This document shows, in pieces, positions 8,846 through 18,162 of a stretch of DNA of 64,000 bases. Position 1 is the stretch's first letter. The number at the start of each line of letters is the position of its first letter. Where the stretch lies: NCBI GenBank assembly GCA_036389055.1, contig DASVQR010000021.1, forward strand, positions 20,750-84,749, written 5' to 3'. Under the pieces are notes generated by a model. It had not been told where the DNA came from. It did no database searches and saw nothing but the letters and a program-made list of their open reading frames with translations. Position numbers and translations under genes: made by a program. Source of the stretch: Longimicrobiaceae bacterium. Lineage in GTDB: Bacteria; Gemmatimonadota; Gemmatimonadetes; Longimicrobiales; Longimicrobiaceae.

Positions 8846-9826
8846 ATGGCCGTCATCACGTACCGCGAGGCCCTGAACGCTGCCCTCGCCGAGGAGATGG
8901 AAAGGGACCCCGACGTCTTCCTGATGGGCGAGGAGGTGGGGGTCTACAACGGGGCGTACAAGGTGTCCAAGGGGCTCCTGGACCGCTTCGGGGAGATGCG
9001 GGTGGTGGACACCCCCATCACCGAGCTGGGCTTCGCGGGGCTGGGGACCGGCGCCGCGATGGTGGGGCTGCGCCCGGTGATCGAGTTCATGACCTGGAAC
9101 TTCGCCATCCTGGCGTTCGACCAGATCTTCAACTCGGCCGCCAAGATGAGGTCCATGAGCGGCGGGCAGTTCCGCATGCCCGTCACCTTCCGCGGGCCCA
9201 CGGGCGCGGCGCTGCAGCTGGCGGCGCAGCACTCGCAGGCGCTGGAGTCGCAGGTGGCGCACTACCCGGGGGTCAAGGTGGTGGTGCCCGGCACCCCGGC
9301 CGACGCCAAGGGGCTGCTCAAGGCGGCCATCCGCGACGACGACCCGGTGGCGGTGTTCGAGGGCGAGATGCTGTACAACCTCAAGGGCGAGGTCCCCGAG
9401 GACGACGACTACGTGATCCCGCTGGGGGTGGCGGACCTGAAGCGGCAGGGCTCGGACGTGTCCATCATCACGCACGGCAAGATGATCCACGTGGCGCTGC
9501 AGGCCGCGGCGCAGCTGGAAAAGGACGGGGTGAGCGCCGAGGTGCTGGACCTGCGCTCGCTGCGCCCGCTGGACACCGAGGCCATCCTGAACACCGTGGC
9601 CAAGACCAACCGGGTGGTGCTGCTGGAGGAGGGGTGGCCCTTCGGCGGGATCACGGCCACCGTGGCGGCGCTGATCCAGGAGGAGGCGTTCGACGAGCTG
9701 GACGCCCCGGTGCTGCGCGTGACCCAGGCGGACGTGCCCATGCCCTACGCCAAGGGGCTGGAGAAGTCCGCCAAGCCCAGCGCGGAGCTGGTGGTGGAGA
9801 AGGTGAACCGCGTCCTGTACCGCTGA
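8846..9826 (+). CDS. pdhB: pyruvate dehydrogenase E1 component, beta subunit
   Basis: 326-aa ORF. MAVITYREALNAALAEEMERDPDVFLMGEEVG and the transketolase-like Pyr and C-terminal domains are clearly recognisable. Confidence 0.95.
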   Translation: MAVITYREALNAALAEEMERDPDVFLMGEEVGVYNGAYKVSKGLLDRFGEMRVVDTPITELGFAGLGTGAAMVGLRPVIEFMTWNFAILAFDQIFNSAAKMRSMSGGQFRMPVTFRGPTGAALQLAAQHSQALESQVAHYPGVKVVVPGTPADAKGLLKAAIRDDDPVAVFEGEMLYNLKGEVPEDDDYVIPLGVADLKRQGSDVSIITHGKMIHVALQAAAQLEKDGVSAEVLDLRSLRPLDTEAILNTVAKTNRVVLLEEGWPFGGITATVAALIQEEAFDELDAPVLRVTQADVPMPYAKGLEKSAKPSAELVVEKVNRVLYR

Positions 9827-9842
9827 GCCGAGGAGACGACAC

Positions 9843-11321
9843 GTGGCAACCAAGGTCTACATGGAGGCGCTCTCCCCCACCATGGAGGAAGGGCGGCTCG
9901 TCACCTGGCTCAAGAACGAGGGCGACGAGGTCAGGGAGGGCGACGTCCTGGCCGAGGTGGAGACGGACAAGGCGACCATGGAGCTGGTGGCGCGCGGCTC
10001 GGGCGTGCTGCGCAAGCGCATGATCGGCGAGGGCGACACCTCCAACGTGGGGACGATCATCGCGGTGATCGCCGGCGCGGACGAGGACGTCTCGGCGCTC
10101 ACGGGCGGGGCGGAGGCCGTGGCCTCGCAGGCGCCCTCCACGACGGAGGCCCCCGCGGCGGGGCGCGCGGAGGCGGTGGCGGCCGGCGGCGACGTGGGCC
10201 GCGGAGCCGCGGCGCTGGCCGCGGCCGGGCAGACGGAGGAGGACCAGGCGGAGCGCGGCACCCCGGCGCAGGACACCCCGGCGGGCGCGGCGCCCACGCC
10301 GGTCCCCGGCCAGGGGGCGGCCGCGGGGACGCGGGAGGGGCAGCCCTCCATCGTGCCCACCGGCGGCGGCGACAACGGGCAGCAGGCGGGCGGGCGCGTC
10401 AAGGCGTCGCCGCTGGCCCGGAGGCTGGCCACCGAGGCGGGGGTGGAGATCTCCGGCGTGCAGGGGAGCGGCCCCGGCGGGCGCATCGTGAAGCGCGACG
10501 TCGAGCAGGCGGCGCAGGGCGGCGGCGCGCAGCGCCCGGCGGCGGAGGCGGCGGCCCCGGCACCGGCGGCGCAGGCTCCCGCGGCGGAGGCCCCGCAGGC
10601 GGCGGCTCCGGCGCCCGTGCCCGCGGCGGCCGCGGCGGCGCACGACCACCCGCTCTCGCAGATGCGGAAGACCATCGCCAAGCGGCTGGCGCTCTCCTCG
10701 GGCCCGGTCCCCCACTTCTACCTCACGGTGGAGATCGACATGGGGGCGGCCATGGCGCTGCGCAAGCGCATCAACGAGCGCTATGCCGACCAGGGGGTCA
10801 AGGTCTCGCCCAACGACCTGATCATCAAGGCGGCCGCCTCGGCGCTGCGGCGGCACCCGTTCGTGAACGCGTCCTGGACGGGCGAGGCCATCCGCCTGTA
10901 CGACGTGGTGCACATCGGCGTGGCGGTGGCGGTGGAGGAGGGGCTCATCACCCCGGTGGTGCGCGACGCGGACCGCAAGGGCGTCGGCGAGATCTCGCAG
11001 GAGGTCAAGGAGCTGGCCGCGCGGGGCCGCGAGAAGAAGCTGAAGCCGGAGGAGTACAGCGGCTCCACCTTCTCCATCTCCAACCTGGGGATGTTCGGGA
11101 TCGAGCAGTTCACCGCCGTCATCAACCCGCCCGAGGCGGCGATCCTGGCCGTGGGGGCCGTGGAAGACAAGGTGGTGGTGGTGAACGGCGAGATGGCGGT
11201 GCGCCAGCGGATGCACGTCACGCTCACCTGCGACCACCGGGTGATCGACGGGGCCACGGGGGCGCAGTTCCTCCAGACGCTCAAGCGGTACCTGGAAGAC
11301 CCGATGATGATGATCGCCTGA
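9843..11321 (+). CDS. pdhC: dihydrolipoamide acetyltransferase (E2)
   Basis: GTG start after GAGGAG. It has a lipoyl domain (ETDKATMEL), Ala/Pro linkers, a subunit-binding domain (ASPLARRLA) and the catalytic DHRVIDG. Confidence 0.95.
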   Translation: MATKVYMEALSPTMEEGRLVTWLKNEGDEVREGDVLAEVETDKATMELVARGSGVLRKRMIGEGDTSNVGTIIAVIAGADEDVSALTGGAEAVASQAPSTTEAPAAGRAEAVAAGGDVGRGAAALAAAGQTEEDQAERGTPAQDTPAGAAPTPVPGQGAAAGTREGQPSIVPTGGGDNGQQAGGRVKASPLARRLATEAGVEISGVQGSGPGGRIVKRDVEQAAQGGGAQRPAAEAAAPAPAAQAPAAEAPQAAAPAPVPAAAAAAHDHPLSQMRKTIAKRLALSSGPVPHFYLTVEIDMGAAMALRKRINERYADQGVKVSPNDLIIKAAASALRRHPFVNASWTGEAIRLYDVVHIGVAVAVEEGLITPVVRDADRKGVGEISQEVKELAARGREKKLKPEEYSGSTFSISNLGMFGIEQFTAVINPPEAAILAVGAVEDKVVVVNGEMAVRQRMHVTLTCDHRVIDGATGAQFLQTLKRYLEDPMMMIA

Positions 11322-11351
11322 TCGTCTCGTCTTTTTCGGGAATGGAGTTCG

Positions 11352-11392
11352 GAAGCCCCCGGCCGGGATCTGGTCGGGGGCTTCTGGTTTTC
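11352..11392 (+). terminator. rho-independent terminator of the pdh operon
   Basis: GAAGCCCCCG-loop-CGGGGGCTTC followed by TGGTTTTCT, 30 nt after the pdhC stop. Confidence 0.7.
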
Positions 11393-11413
11393 TGGACAGC
11401 TTCGGACTGCGGA

Positions 11414-11742
11414 TTCGGGCGTGCCCCCGGCTGGCGCCGGGGTCGGGCTGCGGCTCCGTAGCGGACGAAACGACCGTCCGCAACGGAGTCGAGCCCCGGC
11501 GGAAACTGCCCCGCCGGGTCTCGCCCCTTCGGGCCGACATCCCTCACGCGGGGCTGGCGCTGGCGTCCTCCGGGGCCCCCACCCGGCTCGCTTGAGGCTC
11601 GCCACCCTCCCCCGTGCCGGGGGAGGGCTGCCCGGGGTTCACGTCCGTCGTGCTCCCCCTCTCCCCTGGTGGGAGAGGGGGCCGGGGGGTGAGGGGTAGC
11701 CTCGCGCCGGAGCCGGCGCTCCCGGGCAGATCTCGCTTCGCC
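11414..11742. repeat. family-B multi-hairpin element (inverted, 11414-11547) plus GGGAGAGGG-type hairpin modules
   Basis: Aligns in reverse complement with 39735-39863. The following modules, CCCTCCCCCGtgcCGGGGGAGGG and CCCCCTCTCCCctggtGGGAGAGGGGG, recur at 27612-27735 and 19040-19145. Confidence 0.8.
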
Positions 11743-13893
11743 TCAGGGCCGCGGGGACGTCCACACCACCACCGCGCCGCACGCCGGGCCCGGCGTGCGG
11801 AAGCGCGGCGGCAGCTCGGTGTGGTCGCGGTACACCTCCACGGCGGCGAGCGGAGCGTCCAGGAGCGCGGCCGTCTCCTCCTGGGTCACCGGCCGCCCGT
11901 CCACGAACACGGGGAGGGGGCACGGCCCGTCGCTGCCCACGGCGCGCGGCGCGAAGGCGACGAAGCCGCGCGCCACGAGCCGCACCTGCATCCCGGCGCT
12001 CCGGATCACCTCCGGCAGGTCCCTGCCCTCCAGCTCCCGGCCGGCGAAGAACGCCCCCGCGGCCATGCGCCGGCGGTCGTAGAACCCGGCGCTTTCAAGC
12101 GCGCGCTCCCGGCGCGCGGCGACCACCGTCACCCCCTCCAGCGCGACGGGCTCCGCGGCGACGCGGGCCGAGGCGTCCAGGTCTAGCCTGCGGATCTCGC
12201 CGGGGGCAAGGCGGACGGTCTCGGGCCGGCCCTTGGCGCCGGCGTGCTCCACCGCCACGCGCAGCGTCGCGTCGGCGGGGACGCCGCACACCCGGTACCG
12301 GTCGCGCTCGTCCAGCTCGGAGGCCGCCCGGGTGCGCTGCTGCTGCACGACGGTCATCCCGGAGCCGCTCACCCTGCCCATCCCCTGGTACATGGCGTCG
12401 CTCACGTCCCAGCGGCTCCATTCCACCGCCACCGTGGTCCCCTGCACCGCCCCCGCGGCGCTGCGCACGGTGCCCAGCAGCACCCCCTGCTTCGCGGTGA
12501 TCCCCTCGGGGCACAGGCCGGCGAGGATCTCCCGCCTGGACGGCGTCGCCATCTCCAGCCGGGCCTCCGCGTCGCGCTTCAGCTCCACCTCCCAGCCGGG
12601 GGCGGAGACCGGCAGCGAGTCCAGGTGGGGATGGTCCAGCTCCACCCGGTAGCGCCCCTCGGGGAGGTCCGCCATGCGGAACCGCCCCTCCGCGTCGGTG
12701 CGGACCGCGTACGGAGTGCCCGCCAGCCGCACGGCGGCGCCCGCGAGCGGACCCGCGCCGACGCCGTCGCGCACCACCCCCGCGAGCCGCGCCCGCCCCC
12801 CGGCGCGCACCAGCTCGCCCGCCGGCGTGCGCACCTCCAGGATCTCCCCGCCCTCCTCGCGGATGGACAGCACCCGGTTGTGGACGGCGCTCACGCCGCC
12901 CAGGCGGGTCGTGAGCTGCGCCACACGCGGCATGCGGATGTGCCAGCGCCGCACCACCCAGGCCCCGCCCGGCAGGGGCTCGAACTCCACGCGCCCGCCC
13001 AGCTGCTCCGTGGGGCCGTCCAGCTCCGGCGCCGGGTAGCGGAAGTCCAGGTGGCGGAGCTCGGCCGTGCGGCGGTCCACCCACAGCACCCCGCGGATCC
13101 CCCGGTCCCCCGCCGTGCGCGTCGGCTCGAAGGCCAGCCCCACCAGCTCCGGCTCCGCCGGGCCGCCCGGCTGCAGCCGGAAGCAGTGGGCGTCCAGGAA
13201 CTCGTCCGAGAGGAGGACCCCCGCGTCCGGAGCGAAGTACACGGTGGTGTCCGCCCGGGTCTGCACGTAGCCCCGCTCCGCGAGCTCCTCCGGCGGGCGG
13301 GTCTGGTAGGGGTTCGCCGCCACCCCCGACAGGTACCGCGTCGCTTCCCTGCGGACCGCGAGCGAGGCGGGGTCCAGCTCCCGCTCGTGCTGCGCCAGGC
13401 GAAAGGAAAAGGCGCGCTGGCGCTCGGTCCAGGCGGCCACGCCCAGCGCCTTGCGCACCTCGGTCCAGACGGTCGCCGCCCCCTCCCCCGCCTGCGGCAG
13501 GGCGCGGCACCGCTTGCGCTCGCGGCGCACCACCAGCCCCTCCAGCGCGAACGCGGCGGCGGCGGGCGCGGCGAGGCGCACGTCCAGCGTCTGCCCCGCG
13601 GCCAGCTCCACCCCCCGCGACGCGGCGCCCCGCACCCCGATCCGCTCCGCCCGCAGCTGGAACCGCCCCGCGGCGGGAGCACGCACGAGGAAGGCGCCGT
13701 CCGCGCCGGAGAGCGCGCCGGCCACCTGGTTCCCGGCCGCGTCCAGCAGCACCACCAGGGTGCCCGGGACGGGGCTCCCGCTCCCCTCCTCCACCAGCGT
13801 GCCGCGCACCGCCTGGGCGGGGAGCGCCCGGCAAGCGACCGCGAGGAGCAGGGACACGAAGGGGAGCGTGCAGTACGATCGGATGGAGATCAT
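11743..13893 (-). CDS. exported CarboxypepD_reg-repeat protein with C-terminal TonB-receptor Plug-like domain (paralog 1)
   Basis: Start chosen at MISIRSYCTLPFVSLLLAVACRALPAQA (signal peptide). It has three CarboxypepD_reg-like segments and a conserved middle region (LLSDEFLDAHCFR, GGRVEFEPLPGG). The C-terminus ends VEVYRD...CGAVVVWT. It is a clear paralog of 14141-16246 and 24242-26365. Confidence 0.75.
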   Translation of the reverse strand: MISIRSYCTLPFVSLLLAVACRALPAQAVRGTLVEEGSGSPVPGTLVVLLDAAGNQVAGALSGADGAFLVRAPAAGRFQLRAERIGVRGAASRGVELAAGQTLDVRLAAPAAAAFALEGLVVRRERKRCRALPQAGEGAATVWTEVRKALGVAAWTERQRAFSFRLAQHERELDPASLAVRREATRYLSGVAANPYQTRPPEELAERGYVQTRADTTVYFAPDAGVLLSDEFLDAHCFRLQPGGPAEPELVGLAFEPTRTAGDRGIRGVLWVDRRTAELRHLDFRYPAPELDGPTEQLGGRVEFEPLPGGAWVVRRWHIRMPRVAQLTTRLGGVSAVHNRVLSIREEGGEILEVRTPAGELVRAGGRARLAGVVRDGVGAGPLAGAAVRLAGTPYAVRTDAEGRFRMADLPEGRYRVELDHPHLDSLPVSAPGWEVELKRDAEARLEMATPSRREILAGLCPEGITAKQGVLLGTVRSAAGAVQGTTVAVEWSRWDVSDAMYQGMGRVSGSGMTVVQQQRTRAASELDERDRYRVCGVPADATLRVAVEHAGAKGRPETVRLAPGEIRRLDLDASARVAAEPVALEGVTVVAARRERALESAGFYDRRRMAAGAFFAGRELEGRDLPEVIRSAGMQVRLVARGFVAFAPRAVGSDGPCPLPVFVDGRPVTQEETAALLDAPLAAVEVYRDHTELPPRFRTPGPACGAVVVWTSPRP

Positions 13894-13920
13894 GGACTTC
13901 GGAGAAGGAGGAGCCGCGGG

Positions 13921-14116
13921 CGCCCCGGACGTCCGGGGCAGTTCCGTCCGGCGTGCCGGTCTCCAGGCATGCCGGGCCACCCGCGTGAGGGATGCGCGCC
14001 CGGAGGGCCGAGACCCGCCGGCGGTTTGGCGGGGCTCGGCGGAGTTACGCACGGTCGGTATCGTGCGTTACTCCGCGCGCAGCCCGACCCGAGCGTCAGC
14101 GAGGGGCACGCCCGAC
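13921..14116. repeat. family-B multi-hairpin element (13985-14116) with an extra upstream hairpin unit
   Basis: GTGAGGGAT...GAGACCCGCCGGCGGTTTGGCGGGGCTCG...GGAGTTACGCAC/GTGCGTTACTCC...GCACGCCCGAC aligns with the other four copies. Confidence 0.8.
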
Positions 14117-14140
14117 ACAGCCGTTCAAAAAAGCCGTTCC

Positions 14141-16246
14141 TTATGACCCCGGACGCCGCGCGTGCGGCCCCTTGCCGGCGGTGTAGATCACCAGCGCCCC
14201 GCCGCGGGCCGCGGTCCCGTAGCGCCCCATCGCGGCGACGGAGGGGATGAACTGGACGCTCTCGATCTCGCTGAGCGGGCGGGAGATCAGCTCGCGCATC
14301 CCCTCCACCACCTCCACGTCGTCGATGATCACCGCCGCGCACGGGTTGCCCAGCATCTTGCGGCGCTCCACCACGCACACCCCCTGCACGATCCCCGCGC
14401 CGCTGTTGGCGTAGTCCTCCTGCACGGCCACGCCGGGGAAGCGCCGCACCAGGTCGCCGACGTGGCCGGCCACCGAGCGCAGCGCTTCGATCTCCGAGCG
14501 GAGGACCAGGTCCGTGCGGGTGCCGCCGGCGCGGACGGCACGCCCCTCCGGCGCGGGCGCGGTCACCGCCAGCCCCTCCAGCACCACCGCGCGCGGCGCC
14601 GGGAGCGCCAGGTCGTGGAGCGTGGGGCGGTCGGCGGCGGCCCGCACCTCGGCGGCCACGCTCCCGGCCGGGCCGGCCCGCGCCTGCACCGCCACCCCGG
14701 GGGGCACCGCGCAGGCCACGTAGCGGCCGCCCGCGTCCGTCCACGCCAGCGCGCGCCCCGCCGGCGCCGTCCCTGCCGCGGCCCAGGTGAGCAGCACGGG
14801 GGTCCCCGGCGGGGGGACCGCCCCCTCCTGCCGCACCGTCCCGGCGACCACCCCGGTCCCCGCGCGGCGCTCCGCGGGGGAGCAGCGCCCCGCCAGCACC
14901 ACGGCCAGCGGGGGGACGGCGAGCCGCACCTGGTTGTCGGCGCCGCGGCGCAGCTCCACCGCGACGGGCCGGCCGGCGTACTCCAGCGAGTCGGCGCGCG
15001 GGTGGGTGAACACCACGCTGAAGCGCCCCTCCGACACGTCGGCGATGCGGAAGCGCCCCTCGGCGTCGGTCTCCGCCTCCACGGCGGTGCCGGCGAGCCG
15101 CACGCGCGCCCCCGCCAGCGGCGCCGCGCGCGTGCTGTCCCACACCACGCCGGCGAGCGACGCGCGCGCCGTGGAGCGGATCAGCTCGCCCGAGGGCGAG
15201 CGCACCTCCAGCACCTCGCCCGCCGCCTCGCGGATCCCGGCGATCCGCCGCCGCTCGAACTGGTTGGCCGCCACCCGCAGGGTATCCGTCCCCACCACGG
15301 GGACGCGGATGCGCCAGCGCGGGACGATCCACTCCCCGCCGGGGAGCCGCTCGAACTCCACCCGCCCGCCCAGCCGGTCCGTGGCGCCGCGCAGCTCCAG
15401 CCCCGTGTACTGGAACTCCAGGTGGCGCAATTCCGCGCTCCGCGGGTCGATCCACAGGGCGCCGCGCACGTCCGCCAGCCTGCGCCCGCGCACCGGCTCG
15501 AACGCCAGCCCCACCATCCCCCGCGTCTCCCCCTCGCCCTGCTGCACCCGGAAGCAGTGCGTGTCCAGGAACTCGTCCGAGAGCAGCACCGCCGCGTCCG
15601 GACCGTAGTACACGGTGGAGTCGCCCTCCTGGCGGGTGAAGCCCTCCCGCGCCAGCCGCTCCGCCGGCGCCGCCACGAAGGGGCTCCCCGCGTACCCGAC
15701 CAGCCGCCGCCCCTGCTCCGACTGCACCCGGAGCGCCACGTCCATCACCCGCTCGTGCTGCTGGATGGAGTAGCGGAAGCGCCGGCGCGACTCCGTCCAG
15801 GCCGCGGCGCCCAGCGCCTTGCGGGCCTCCTCCCAGAGCGCCGCCGTCTGCTCGCCCGCCTCCGGGAGCGCCGCGCAGCGCCGCTTCTCCGCCTGCACCA
15901 CCAGCCCTTCCAGCTGCACCGCCGCGCCGCTCGTCTCCAGCCCGTACGCCAGCGTCTGCCCGGCGGCCAGCCGCAGCGCCGGCGAGCGCGCCGCCGCGTA
16001 GCCCACCCGCTCCGCCCGCAGCGTGTAGCTCCCCGGCGCGGGCGCCTGCACCAGGAAGCCGCCCGCCGCGTCGGTGAAGCCGCCCCCCACCTGCTTCCCC
16101 GCCGCGTCCAGCAGCACCACGAACGCCCCCGCCACCGGGCGCCCGCTCGCCCCCTCCACCAGTTCCCCGCGCACCGCCTGCGCGTCCAGCGAGCGCGCCC
16201 CCGCGAGGGCGCAGACCACCGCCAGCAGCCGTTTCCAGCGAGCCAT
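14141..16246 (-). CDS. exported CarboxypepD_reg-repeat protein with C-terminal Plug-like domain (paralog 2)
   Basis: Start at MARWKRLLAVVCALAGARSLDAQA (signal peptide). It is collinear with paralogs 1 and 3 (AQAVRGELVEG..., LLSDEFLDTHCFR, GGRVEFERLPGG). The C-terminus is Plug-like (SEIESVQFIP...RGGALVIYT). Confidence 0.75.
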   Translation of the reverse strand: MARWKRLLAVVCALAGARSLDAQAVRGELVEGASGRPVAGAFVVLLDAAGKQVGGGFTDAAGGFLVQAPAPGSYTLRAERVGYAAARSPALRLAAGQTLAYGLETSGAAVQLEGLVVQAEKRRCAALPEAGEQTAALWEEARKALGAAAWTESRRRFRYSIQQHERVMDVALRVQSEQGRRLVGYAGSPFVAAPAERLAREGFTRQEGDSTVYYGPDAAVLLSDEFLDTHCFRVQQGEGETRGMVGLAFEPVRGRRLADVRGALWIDPRSAELRHLEFQYTGLELRGATDRLGGRVEFERLPGGEWIVPRWRIRVPVVGTDTLRVAANQFERRRIAGIREAAGEVLEVRSPSGELIRSTARASLAGVVWDSTRAAPLAGARVRLAGTAVEAETDAEGRFRIADVSEGRFSVVFTHPRADSLEYAGRPVAVELRRGADNQVRLAVPPLAVVLAGRCSPAERRAGTGVVAGTVRQEGAVPPPGTPVLLTWAAAGTAPAGRALAWTDAGGRYVACAVPPGVAVQARAGPAGSVAAEVRAAADRPTLHDLALPAPRAVVLEGLAVTAPAPEGRAVRAGGTRTDLVLRSEIEALRSVAGHVGDLVRRFPGVAVQEDYANSGAGIVQGVCVVERRKMLGNPCAAVIIDDVEVVEGMRELISRPLSEIESVQFIPSVAAMGRYGTAARGGALVIYTAGKGPHARRPGS

Positions 16247-16416
16247 GGGAGGGAGGGGTGAGGGACCGGGAGGGAGGAGCGCCCCGCGCGAGGGCGCCTT
16301 CAGGCCGCAGACACCAAGATGCACCCGGGAATCACCGGACGGAATACCGCACGACCGCGACAAAAACCGGGGAGCCCCTCCCGCCTCCGGAGAAGCCCCC
16401 CGCCGCTCACCCGCCG

Positions 16417-16465
16417 TTCACTTTCGCACTCCCGCACTCACGCACTTTCGCACTTCCCTTCACTG
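16417..16465. repeat. 8-nt periodic micro-tandem array (GCACTYNC x about 6)
   Basis: TTCACTTTC GCACTCCC GCACTCAC GCACTTTC GCACTTCC CTTCACTG. The last unit contains the stop of gene 16460-17233. It is related to the array at 29680-29727. Confidence 0.75.
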
Positions 16466-17233
16466 CGGCCGCGTCCACACCGCGATCACCCCGCACGCCG
16501 AGGTGCGGCGGTTGAACTCCGGCGGCACCTGCGAGGCCCCGCGGTAGATCTCCAGCCCCTCCACGTCGCCGGCCGCGATCTCGTCGATGTTGAAGCCGGG
16601 GCCGATCAGCTGGCCGTCCACGAAGTACTGCACCGGGCAGGGCCGGGCCCCCGCGCGCGACATGGTCACGTACGCGTCGCCGCGCATCCCGTTGGGCGCG
16701 AAGCTCAGCCCGGACACCGTGCGCAGCGCGTCGCTGAGGTACTGCGGGCGGCGCCGCTCGATGTCGGCGCGGGTGAGGAAGGCGCCGAGCCCGTTCCTGC
16801 GGCGCCGGTCGAAGCCGGCGCGCTCCAGGTACTCGGCCCCCCAGTTGCGCCGCTTTGCGTCCACCCGGATCGCCGCCACCGGGATCGCCTCGATCTCCAG
16901 CTCGAAGGCGAGCTGCGTGGACTGCCCGGCCTTGAGGTCCGCCAGCTTGAGGCGGGTGGAGTAGCCCAGGCGCCGCACCTCCACCGTCTGCACCCCGGCC
17001 GGCACCCCGGCCAGGCGCAGCCGGCCGCCGGCGTCGGTGACCGCCGCGATCCCGGTGCCCACCACGGAGACCCGCGCCCCCATCACCGGCTGCCCCGATT
17101 CCTTGGAGACGACCGACACCACCAGCGCGGAGGAGCCGGTCTGGGCGCGCGCCTCCCCGGCCGCGAGCGAGCAGAGGGCCAGGAGGCCGGCCGCGAGGCG
17201 CCGGAGCGGTGGGGCGAGGTGGAGCGCGGTCAT
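16460..17233 (-). CDS. exported CarboxypepD_reg + Plug-like protein (short paralog, no barrel)
   Basis: Start at MTALHLAPPLRRLAAGLLALCSLAAGEARA. It has one CarboxypepD_reg domain and then a Plug-like domain ending GDVEGLEIYRGASQVPPEF...CGVIAVWTRP. Confidence 0.7.
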   Translation of the reverse strand: MTALHLAPPLRRLAAGLLALCSLAAGEARAQTGSSALVVSVVSKESGQPVMGARVSVVGTGIAAVTDAGGRLRLAGVPAGVQTVEVRRLGYSTRLKLADLKAGQSTQLAFELEIEAIPVAAIRVDAKRRNWGAEYLERAGFDRRRRNGLGAFLTRADIERRRPQYLSDALRTVSGLSFAPNGMRGDAYVTMSRAGARPCPVQYFVDGQLIGPGFNIDEIAAGDVEGLEIYRGASQVPPEFNRRTSACGVIAVWTRPQ

Positions 17234-17302
17234 GGCGGGGCGGGGTGCGGGGGTGAGCATCGCTGCGCGCACATGGAAGGATGCGGGGGAAACCCACCCG
17301 GG

Positions 17303-18004
17303 TCAAGCGTTTGAAGGCTCGCGCGGGCGCTCCTCCCCCGCCCTTCTGCGCAGGTCGTTGACCAGCTGGTGGCTGCGCCGCGTCGTCTCCGGCTCGCGGA
17401 AGCGCGGGCTCACGCGCAGCACGATTTCCACCGCCGTGGGCAGGTCCATGAGGTGCCCCGGCGACACGTACACCGGCTTCACCCCCGTGCGCGTCCTCAC
17501 GGCCATCCCCACCGTCTCGCCGCGGTGCACCAGCGGCGCGGTGGAGCCCCGCTCCTCCCCCAGCGGCCCGTGCGTCCCCACCAGGATCGACTTGGCGCAC
17601 CCGATGGAGGGGACGTCCAGCAGCATCCCGCCGTGGCACGCCACGCCGAAGCGGCGCGGGTGCGCCGTCCCCTGCCCGTCGAACACCAGCACGTCCGGCC
17701 GGCGCTCCAGCCGCTCCCACGCCGCCGCGATGGGCGGCAGCTCGCGGAAGGAAAGGAAGCCCGGCACGTAGGGAAAGAGCAGCTCCGCCTCGGCGCTCGC
17801 CTCCGCCACCGTGTCCATGGAGTCCAGCGCCAGCACCACCACCCCGGCGTACCCGCGGGTGGCGAAGCGCTCGAACGACATGTCCGCGCCGCCCGCCAGC
17901 CGCGGCGCGAACCCCGGCGGCGGCTCCAGGACCAGCCGCTCGCGCAGTGCCTCCTGGATGCGCTTCGCCTCCTGCGGCGTCACGTCCCACCGGTGCTCCG
18001 CCAT
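17303..18004 (-). CDS. nfi: endonuclease V
   Basis: Start at MAEHRWDV. It has the GGADMSF, YVPGFLSFRE, FDGQGTAHPRRFGVACHGG and IGCAKS motifs. Confidence 0.9.
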   Translation of the reverse strand: MAEHRWDVTPQEAKRIQEALRERLVLEPPPGFAPRLAGGADMSFERFATRGYAGVVVLALDSMDTVAEASAEAELLFPYVPGFLSFRELPPIAAAWERLERRPDVLVFDGQGTAHPRRFGVACHGGMLLDVPSIGCAKSILVGTHGPLGEERGSTAPLVHRGETVGMAVRTRTGVKPVYVSPGHLMDLPTAVEIVLRVSPRFREPETTRRSHQLVNDLRRRAGEERPREPSNA

Positions 18005-18162
18005 CCCCACCTCCTCCTCATCACAGGGTCCCCCGCCCGGTCGCGCCCCGCACCGGCCGCAAGCCGCGCGCCGCGCCCCTGGCAGGCTCCGCGGGCGGCC
18101 TGTAGTTTCCGGCACGCCGCGCCTCAGGATCCCCCTCCGCCCCACGCTCCGGAGGTCCCCGC

